Positions 24,555 to 30,997 of a stretch of 30,997 nt of DNA are shown here, in pieces. A model generated the notes under the pieces. It made no database searches and was not told the DNA's origin. It saw nothing but the letters and a program-made list of their open reading frames with translations. The position numbers and the translations under genes were made by a program. The DNA is from a virus (taxonomy: Duplodnaviria; Caudoviricetes), in the IMG/VR virus record IMGVR_UViG_3300006428_000049, positions 1-30,997 of that record. The stretch is one strand, 5' to 3'. Position 1 is the stretch's first letter; each line of letters starts with the position of its first letter.

Positions 24555-24989
24555 CTATTCTCGCATTTTTTCAAACAGTGAAAACTGTGATTCAGTCCTC
24601 GGAAGCGTCTTCAAGATATTCCATATCCGCCTATCCGACAGTTTATAACGCCGCGCCAAGTGAAAAACAACCTCGGCCGACGAGCGCCCCTTGTTGGTCT
24701 CGGCCACGAAATACTCGTTGATTGCGACATCCCGGACCGCCTGCAAGGCCGCCGCGCACCGGGGCACGTACAGTTCGCCGCCGCCGAAATGCCGCACCAG
24801 CGCATCCGCCGCATCCACGCCCACCACGTCGGCCAGCATGTTGTAGCGCAGCTCGCCCAGCTTGGTTTGCCGTTTGGGCACGGGGAAGGTGGTGCCGCCC
24901 AGGGACCGCACCAGCTTCATGGCCTTTGGCAGGCCGATCAGGTCCACCAGCTCCTGCACGGACGCCGGCAGGTTGCGCCGCTCGCTCAT
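24555..24989 (-). CDS. mor: Mor/C family transcription activator
   Basis: LGGTTFPVP, FGGGELYVPR, C-terminal HTH LARRYKLSDRRIWNIL; ATG 24989. Confidence 0.88.
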   Translation of the reverse strand: MSERRNLPASVQELVDLIGLPKAMKLVRSLGGTTFPVPKRQTKLGELRYNMLADVVGVDAADALVRHFGGGELYVPRCAAALQAVRDVAINEYFVAETNKGRSSAEVVFHLARRYKLSDRRIWNILKTLPRTESQFSLFEKMRE

Positions 24990-25399
24990 GCCGGCCTCCC
25001 ATGGCGCTTGGCGTCGCGGGAAAGCGCCGCCAGCACGCCGCGCGCCTGCTCGGGCGTCAGCCATTCCAGCTTTTCCACGCCGAACATGCGCTTGGCGATG
25101 CCCCCGGCATAGCTCCAGGGCCGCTTGGCTTCGGCCAGCAAGGCTTCCATCTTGTCGATATACCCGGCCGCACCGGGGACGGCCGGCTTGCGGCGCGAAA
25201 GTTTCTTGGCCGGCTCCTGCCAGCCGAGGGTGCGCAGGTAGGCGACCACCCGCACCAGTTGCGGCACGGTGCACTCGCCGGCGCTCTCATGGTCGGTCAG
25301 CCGTTCTAGGACGGCGCGATAGCTGGCGTCATCCAATCCCAGGTCTTTCTTGGCGATATGGATTTTGGCCAACAGGCTTTTACGGGATTCGGGACGCAT
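24986..25399 (-). CDS. gemA: Mu gp16/GemA family protein (DUF1018)
   Basis: LLAKIHIAKKDLGLDDASYRAVL, VEKLEWLT. Confidence 0.88.
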   Translation of the reverse strand: MRPESRKSLLAKIHIAKKDLGLDDASYRAVLERLTDHESAGECTVPQLVRVVAYLRTLGWQEPAKKLSRRKPAVPGAAGYIDKMEALLAEAKRPWSYAGGIAKRMFGVEKLEWLTPEQARGVLAALSRDAKRHGRPA

Positions 25400-25410
25400 C
25401 TTCTTCTCTT

Positions 25411-25471
25411 TGGCTGCTCGTCAGGCCCGGGCCGCCACGCCCGGACGACCGCCCACGCGGGGCGGTTTCAC
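25411..25471 (-). ncRNA. Type II hammerhead ribozyme
   Basis: GU-GAAA, stem III CCGCCC/GGGCGG, GUC cleavage triplet, 8-bp stem I GUCCGGGC/GCCCGGGC, CUGACGA-GC, loop I UGGC pairing with 3' GCCA. Confidence 0.85.
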
Positions 25472-25651
25472 TTAGATCACACCGGCGATGAGGCGTTGCG
25501 CCTGCCGGACGTAGGACGTGCCGAGCTGGCCGTCCCGCATGGCCTTGGTGAGCAGGCCGGACAGGGCCTCGGCCTGCTTTTTCCAGAAAAGCGCCTGGCT
25601 TTCGGCGCTCTTGAGCGCCCGCATGGGCACCTGCCGTTTTGTATCGGGCAT
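25472..25651 (-). CDS. Small hypothetical early protein
   Basis: GGAGGA SD, ATG 25651, fills the operon gap. Confidence 0.55.
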   Translation of the reverse strand: MPDTKRQVPMRALKSAESQALFWKKQAEALSGLLTKAMRDGQLGTSYVRQAQRLIAGVI

Positions 25652-25671
25652 GCCTGTTCCTCCCGGCCGAT

Positions 25672-25893
25672 CTACGGCCAATCCTGGTTGCAGTATTCCA
25701 CCAGCCGGATGCCGGCGGCGGCCACCGTGGCCGCGACCTGCCGCGTCTCGGCCTCGCGCCCCTGGATGCCGCTGCGCAGGGCACGCAACCCGTTTTGAGC
25801 CAGGCCGCGCGCCAGCGCCGTGGCGTCGTCCGCCGTGGTCGCGGGCGGCATGCGGCGCAGCTCCTCCCGCACCTCGATGGGCACGGCGTCCAT
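25672..25893 (-). CDS. Small hypothetical early protein
   Basis: TGATG coupling to the upstream gene. Confidence 0.55.
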   Translation of the reverse strand: MDAVPIEVREELRRMPPATTADDATALARGLAQNGLRALRSGIQGREAETRQVAATVAAAGIRLVEYCNQDWP

Positions 25894-26510
25894 CACAACG
25901 CCGCCAGGTCCAGGGCGATGGGGGCGTAGGAGCCGTCGTCCTGGCGCTCGTAGACGCGCAGGAGCTTCTTGCTGCCCACCACGCGCAGGCTGTCGGCAAT
26001 GGCCTCCATGGCCTCGCGCCAGCGCGGGTCCTGGATGTCGAGCCGCCGCAAGCCCAGGATCGCGCCGGTATTGACCCGGCCTTCCTTGTCCACGGCAAAG
26101 GCCTGGTTGATGATGGCCTTGATCTCGTCGGGGCTGCCCTGAGTCCATTCGGTCAGGCACTCGTCGATAAGCGCCTTGGCCGCCTGCAAGCGCTCGTCAA
26201 AGGCCAGGTGCTCGCTGATCTGCACCTGCACCTTGTAGCGGCCGTCGAAGCTCAAGAGCGAAAGATTGCCCTTGAGGCCGCCGCGCCTGGCCCCGTACTT
26301 CTCGGCCGAGAGGTCGGCGAAGGCCTGGATGTCGCCCAGGGTGTTGGCGCGGAAATCGCGCATGGCCGTCTGCACGCCCTTGGCGGTGGCCACGATGTTG
26401 CGCGTCAGCTCGTCGCGCAGCTTGTCCACTTCCTTGACCTTGGCGGTGGGAATAAGCCGTCCCTTGGCGTCTTCCATGTAGCCGTCGGGAATCGCCGTAG
26501 CCGTCGTCAT
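25893..26510 (-). CDS. DUF3164 family protein
   Basis: GYMEDAKGRL, KGNLSLLSFDG, FDERLQAAKALIDECL, W..AMEAI.DS. Confidence 0.88.
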   Translation of the reverse strand: MTTATAIPDGYMEDAKGRLIPTAKVKEVDKLRDELTRNIVATAKGVQTAMRDFRANTLGDIQAFADLSAEKYGARRGGLKGNLSLLSFDGRYKVQVQISEHLAFDERLQAAKALIDECLTEWTQGSPDEIKAIINQAFAVDKEGRVNTGAILGLRRLDIQDPRWREAMEAIADSLRVVGSKKLLRVYERQDDGSYAPIALDLAAL

Positions 26511-26866
26511 GCCGTTTGCTCCTTTCCGGCCTCCCGGGGCCGGTCGTTGGCGTTGGTTTTGGGGACCGCCCGGTGCGGGCAGGTCTGGCAGGCCCGCCAC
26601 AAGCGTAGGGCCGCCGGGCTGGACGTGGGCATCCTGTCGCCGTTGTCCGCGCATTCGCCCGGCGTCACTTCCCGGCCGAGATGCGGGCAGACCCGATGCC
26701 CGAGAGTGGCCAGGACCTTGGCGGCCAGCTTGTCCGTGCGTCCCGGATACTTGCCGGCCAGGGCCAGGCTGATGGAGGTGCGCGAGTAGCCCAGCCGCCG
26801 GCCTGTGGCCGCGATGGACGTCCGCGCCGCCTCGGCGGCCAGCAGCGCCAGCCAATCAGCGGACAT
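26507..26866 (-). CDS. HTH protein with Cys-rich C-terminus
   Basis: RRLGYSRTSISLALAGKY HTH; CPHL...C...ACQTCP. Confidence 0.75.
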   Translation of the reverse strand: MSADWLALLAAEAARTSIAATGRRLGYSRTSISLALAGKYPGRTDKLAAKVLATLGHRVCPHLGREVTPGECADNGDRMPTSSPAALRLWRACQTCPHRAVPKTNANDRPREAGKEQTA

Positions 26867-27434
26867 GGGCAGCCTCCGGGGCGGTGCGGCCAAGCTCGAA
26901 GACTTGGCCGGTGTTGCAATCCGTCAAGCGTCGGGTTTGGGTGTTGAAGGCCGGGGCTTCGGGGCCGCTGATGCGGTCGCGGCGCAGCCGCCAGCGCTTG
27001 ACGCCGCCTTCGCCGCGACGGGCCAGCGGCAGCAGATAGCCGGCCGTCTCCAAAGCGGCGAGGTAGCGCGTCAGGTTGCGCTCCGGCTCCTTCTCGCTGC
27101 CGTCGCACAGCATGGTGAGCAGGTCGTCGAGGCTGAAGCCGTCGCGTATGCTCATGGCGCGCCAGGCCTTTTGGCGCAGGGATAACGCGCGTCGGCTCGG
27201 GGCCGCATTGCCGCAGGGACCGGAAGTAATCTCCCGACCTTCAGCCAACGCTGCCCGCCCTTTGTCGGTGATCTGATGCGTGCCTTCGACCGACAAGATG
27301 AGACCCGTTCGGTTCAAATGGCGAAGGCAGCGGCTCAGCATTTCAATTTCCCTCCCCAACGAAGACGCCAATTGCCGCGTCAGCTTGGGGCCGTCCGCCA
27401 GGGCGTTAAGGATCGCCAGCCGCCCCCAGGCCAT
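26856..27434 (-). CDS. Tandem winged-helix DNA-binding protein
   Basis: ITDKGR wing motif; AWRAM...YL.ALE.AGYL...GPEAP; follows MuB. Confidence 0.7.
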   Translation of the reverse strand: MAWGRLAILNALADGPKLTRQLASSLGREIEMLSRCLRHLNRTGLILSVEGTHQITDKGRAALAEGREITSGPCGNAAPSRRALSLRQKAWRAMSIRDGFSLDDLLTMLCDGSEKEPERNLTRYLAALETAGYLLPLARRGEGGVKRWRLRRDRISGPEAPAFNTQTRRLTDCNTGQVFELGRTAPEAAHVR

Positions 27435-28211
27435 CTAACGGCCCCCGGCGGCGCAGGCGGCGCGGTTCGGACCGGCGACGCCGATGCGGACCATCTTGGG
27501 CGTGCGGCTTTGCCAGTCGAAAGCCAGCGGCGCGCCTTCCAGGTCGGCCACGTCCACCGTTTTCAGGCCGTTGAGTCTGGCCAGGCGCTCCACGGCCGCG
27601 ATGACGTTTAGGGCCTCGCGCATGCGCCCGCCGGAGATGCGGTGCACCTCGGCCATGAGCGCCGGGGCCATGCGCACCTCGGAAAGCTGCTCGCAGGCAT
27701 GGGCCACGTCGACGAGGCTCGCGGGCTTGAACTCCACGACCTGGGCGATGCGGCCGTGAATCTGCTTGTATTTGCCGATTTGCTGCTGGATGCGGTCCAT
27801 GCCGATCAGCACCACCGTCACCTCGGCCCGGTCGGACAGGTCCCGGATTTTTTCCAGGGCCACCGCCTTGTTGTGGAGCGTGAACTCGGCTTCGTCGATG
27901 ACGATGGGCAGCTGGGCCTCCACCACCCGCTCCAGCAGGCGGCCGAAAAGCTGTTGCGCCGTGCCCGAAGGGTCCACCTTGATGACCTTGGCCAGCTCCA
28001 CCAGGAAATACTTGGGCGTCCAATCCACATTGGCCCGCAAGAACACGGCCCCGGTCTCGGCCGCCCAATGCCCGACGATATGGGACTTGCCGAGCCCCGG
28101 CGCGCCGTGCACCAGCATCATGCCGGCCTCGGCCGCGCCGCGCTGCTCCACGGCGGCGATGCCGGCCGTGAAGCGCGAATAGTTCTCCGTTTTGACAAAC
28201 TGCTTGCGCAT
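27435..28211 (-). CDS. Transposition ATPase (MuB-like AAA)
   Basis: GAPGLGKS Walker A, IVIDEA Walker B, VVLIGM. Confidence 0.92.
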   Translation of the reverse strand: MRKQFVKTENYSRFTAGIAAVEQRGAAEAGMMLVHGAPGLGKSHIVGHWAAETGAVFLRANVDWTPKYFLVELAKVIKVDPSGTAQQLFGRLLERVVEAQLPIVIDEAEFTLHNKAVALEKIRDLSDRAEVTVVLIGMDRIQQQIGKYKQIHGRIAQVVEFKPASLVDVAHACEQLSEVRMAPALMAEVHRISGGRMREALNVIAAVERLARLNGLKTVDVADLEGAPLAFDWQSRTPKMVRIGVAGPNRAACAAGGR

Positions 28212-28228
28212 GCCTTCTCCCTGTCGGT

Positions 28229-30340
28229 CTATTTGGTTTGCGCCCGGGGCAGGACGTTGCCGCCGTCCCAGGCGATGCCTTCGTAGCGGTAGAAATCGTG
28301 GAGGTCGGCGTAGGCCGGCGACCGGACATAGGCGTCCATCCAGGCCTGGTCGCCTTCGGTCCAGCCGTCACGGTGGCGCATGAGCCAGGTGTAGCGGTCC
28401 TGCTCGGACAAAAAGAGCGGCCGCTTTCCGGAGTCCGCCGGGACGACGTCCTGGGGTTCGGGAGCCGGCAGGTCGGGCAGCTCGGGCGCTGGCGGCGTGA
28501 CCGCGTCGGCCACAAGCGTGATGTCCTGCGGCGCTTCGGGGAATTTCACCGTGGCCCCGGGCGCGATCCGGGCGATCTTGCCGGCGAGCCGGGCCACCTG
28601 CCCTTTGGCGCGCCGCTCGCGGGCGGCCTCCACCTGGTTTTTCGGGAAATAGTCGATGCTGTTGCCGTCGAGCCGGGCCGTGCAAATCATCTCGCCCCGG
28701 GTGGTCCAGCAGTAGACCTTGGACGCGTCCCAAATATCGTAACGCACGTCCACGAAATCGCCGTGAAAGTCGGCCAACGCTTCGGAAAAATAGGTGTTGT
28801 TGAAAAGCCGCACCTCGCCGTTTCGCACTTTGCGGGGGATGCCGGGCATAAAAAGCTCGTCGCGGACGGCCTCGGGAACCCGAAAAGGCTCGAAGCCGCG
28901 TTCAACGAAACGTTGCCAGGCTTCATTGGGCGAGAGGTGCCGCCGCCGGCCGCTGGTCTGGTCCTCGATCCGGGGCAGGCCGCGATGCGGCGTGGCGTTG
29001 TATTCTTCCACACGGGCGAGAAGCGCCGCCTTGAACGCCTCCCAGGTGGGGAGCAGCCGGGAGGCGGCGCGCTTTTTCAGGTCCGCCCGGGTGATCTTAA
29101 AAATTTTGTGGGCGGCGTCGCCGTCCATGTCGGCATGGGAGCAGGACGGCAGGCGCTTGGACAGCGGGTCGCAAAGCGTCTTGACCGCGCGCTCCATGAG
29201 CCCTTTGCCCTGGGGACGGCCGGGAATGGCGCGGACCGCCTCGATGCCCAGGCGGTCGAGCATGCCCGAGCCCGGGGTGAGCATGATGTTGTTGACGTAG
29301 CCCGGGCCGTTGTCGGTGTAGAAAAGCGCCGGAATGCCGCCGAACAGGCAGGCCATGCGCAAGGCGTCCAGCACCGTGCCGGCGCTTTCGGCCTCGCCGA
29401 TGGACATGCCCACGCAGCGACGCGTGGCCACGTCGAGGACGAAGGTCACCTCGACCTTGAAGGGTTGGCCGTGGATCGGGTGCTGGATTTCGGCGTCAAA
29501 GGTGGTGCCGTCGGCGGTGTAGACGTCGGTGGGCCACAATTCGGTCGTGCTGCGGCGCTTGTGTGGGCGGCGCTTGAGCAGCGCGTTGCCCGTGTCCCGG
29601 CCGGCCTCGCGGTCGGGATCGGCCATCTTGGCCAGAAACCGGCGCACGGCAAAAATGGAGGGCGGCGTGCCTTCCCAGGCATCCGCGAACTGCTTGTAGG
29701 CATCGGCCACGGTGGGCTTTTGCGGCCGCTGCCAGATGGCCAGGAAGGCCGGAGCCCAATCGGGCACGCCCATGTCCTGGCCCTGGTGGCGCGGGGCCAG
29801 TGCCGCTTCGCCGCCTTCGGCGAACTTCGAGCACCAATCGTAAAGGCGGCGTCGGGACAGGCCGCGTCCGGCGGCCATGCGGTCGTTGGCCACCTGGATC
29901 AATTTCGCCAGCCGGGGAGCCAAGGTCTTGTCCGTGGCCGCCGCAAGCAGGTTGCGAATGGCCTTTTCCTTGCCGACGAGCGGTGTGGCGTGTTCGATCT
30001 CGCGCACAAAGGCCAGCCGGGCCAGGGCGGTCTCGCGCTGGTGTCTGGTCAGCTTGGAAAGGGGCGACGGCATGGTGGCCGGAGTCGCCGTCGCGGGCAC
30101 AGAGACGGTGGAAACGGCGGGCGGGGTGTCCGGTCCGGGACTGCCGGCCAGCATGGCGGCTGCAAGAGCTTGGCGCACGTTCTCGGGGAGGGTACGCACA
30201 GGGTAGAGGCGGCGCTTGCCGCCACGGCAGGTGGATTGTTCAAAGGGCCAGCCCTCTTTGGAAGCCCTGGCCCGTACGGACCTTTCCGATATGCCAAGCG
30301 CTTGTGCGAGATCTTTTGCCGTAACCGTATCTTGCATCAT
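28229..30340 (-). CDS. Mu-type DDE transposase (MuA)
   Basis: N-terminal Mu DNA-binding HTH; TADG, TDNG, GLMER triad; C-terminal VRYDIWD. Confidence 0.93.
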   Translation of the reverse strand: MMQDTVTAKDLAQALGISERSVRARASKEGWPFEQSTCRGGKRRLYPVRTLPENVRQALAAAMLAGSPGPDTPPAVSTVSVPATATPATMPSPLSKLTRHQRETALARLAFVREIEHATPLVGKEKAIRNLLAAATDKTLAPRLAKLIQVANDRMAAGRGLSRRRLYDWCSKFAEGGEAALAPRHQGQDMGVPDWAPAFLAIWQRPQKPTVADAYKQFADAWEGTPPSIFAVRRFLAKMADPDREAGRDTGNALLKRRPHKRRSTTELWPTDVYTADGTTFDAEIQHPIHGQPFKVEVTFVLDVATRRCVGMSIGEAESAGTVLDALRMACLFGGIPALFYTDNGPGYVNNIMLTPGSGMLDRLGIEAVRAIPGRPQGKGLMERAVKTLCDPLSKRLPSCSHADMDGDAAHKIFKITRADLKKRAASRLLPTWEAFKAALLARVEEYNATPHRGLPRIEDQTSGRRRHLSPNEAWQRFVERGFEPFRVPEAVRDELFMPGIPRKVRNGEVRLFNNTYFSEALADFHGDFVDVRYDIWDASKVYCWTTRGEMICTARLDGNSIDYFPKNQVEAARERRAKGQVARLAGKIARIAPGATVKFPEAPQDITLVADAVTPPAPELPDLPAPEPQDVVPADSGKRPLFLSEQDRYTWLMRHRDGWTEGDQAWMDAYVRSPAYADLHDFYRYEGIAWDGGNVLPRAQTK

Positions 30341-30350
30341 CACAACCGCC

Positions 30351-30569
30351 TTAGGCCGCTTCCTGTCCCTTCATGTCTTCCGGCAACGCCAACAACCGTC
30401 CCGGACACCCCACAGCAAGTAGCGCCCGAAGCGCTTTTCTGTTGTTGCGCCTGCCGTGAACGGTCTCCGAGACGATGGAGCGGGCAATGCCGGCCCGACG
30501 GGCGACGTCGGATACCGAAATGTCCCTTTCCACCATCCAGGCCCGGACTTTCCTGCCTTCACGCTTCAT
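30351..30569 (-). CDS. Ner/Cro-like HTH regulator
   Basis: SVSDVARRAGIARSIVSETVHG; directly upstream of MuA; ATG 30569. Confidence 0.75.
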   Translation of the reverse strand: MKREGRKVRAWMVERDISVSDVARRAGIARSIVSETVHGRRNNRKALRALLAVGCPGRLLALPEDMKGQEAA

Positions 30570-30997
30570 AATTCCGTCTCGATTTTGCGTTTGCGCGCCT
30601 TCAGGCGCTTGATTTCCTGTTCCGTCCGCGCCCATTCCAGGAGCCGGGCGTCGTCGCCGTCGATGACCCGCCAGCCTTGCCCATGCGACCGGGCCAGCAG
30701 GTCCAGGGGGTCCGGCGTGCCGAACACATGGCAGAAGATGTTCAAGGCCCGCGTGCTCGGCACGTTCCTGGGTTCGTTGGGATTGAGCCATTTTTCGAGA
30801 GTCGCCAGGGTGAGGGCTTCGGCGTTGCCGCCGCAAAGGCGCACCCCGTAGCGCCGCGCCGTCTCGTTGAGCCGGTCGACAGCCTCGGCCCGTGAAAGCC
30901 CGGAGCTTTCCACGATCCGGTTCATGGATGCCGCTATTTCCGCATCCACGTTGAGGCTGGGCAGTTCCAGCAGGCTGAGGTGTCGGGCGCTTTGCAT
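30566..30997 (-). CDS. Phage regulatory HTH-like hypothetical protein
   Basis: GLSRAEAVDRL...TLEKWLNP; coupled to the next gene. Confidence 0.6.
   Translation of the reverse strand: MQSARHLSLLELPSLNVDAEIAASMNRIVESSGLSRAEAVDRLNETARRYGVRLCGGNAEALTLATLEKWLNPNEPRNVPSTRALNIFCHVFGTPDPLDLLARSHGQGWRVIDGDDARLLEWARTEQEIKRLKARKRKIETEL

Larger units (their letters stand above)
1..30997 (-). mobile_element. Mu-like transposable prophage (myovirus), internal portion
   Basis: Mu gene order from ner/A/B through gp46; ends lie outside the window. Confidence 0.97.

Overview
The window is the central ~31 kb of a GC-rich Mu-like (transposable) myovirus prophage, encoded almost entirely on the minus strand. In transcription order it carries two HTH/Ner-like regulators, MuA transposase, MuB ATPase, early accessory genes, gemA and a Mor/C activator. 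These are followed by the lysis cassette (holin, lytic transglycosylase, spanins), terminase, portal, MuF, gpG, protease/scaffold, capsid, neck, sheath, tube, chaperone with a -1 frameshift, tape measure and baseplate gp43-gp46. Neither prophage end is in the window. Three AT-rich accessory loci interrupt the backbone, and each lies directly upstream of an identical 19-bp late-promoter box whose -10 element sits inside a perfect inverted repeat. Two of these loci are stacked cassettes separated by diverged duplicates of the upstream structural gene's 3' end. Notable non-coding features are a type II hammerhead ribozyme just upstream of gemA/mor and a candidate four-way-junction pseudoknotted RNA directly after a MuF gene that carries a nuclease-like C-terminal domain but has no protein immunity gene. 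All family assignments come from motif recognition and synteny by eye, not from database searches.
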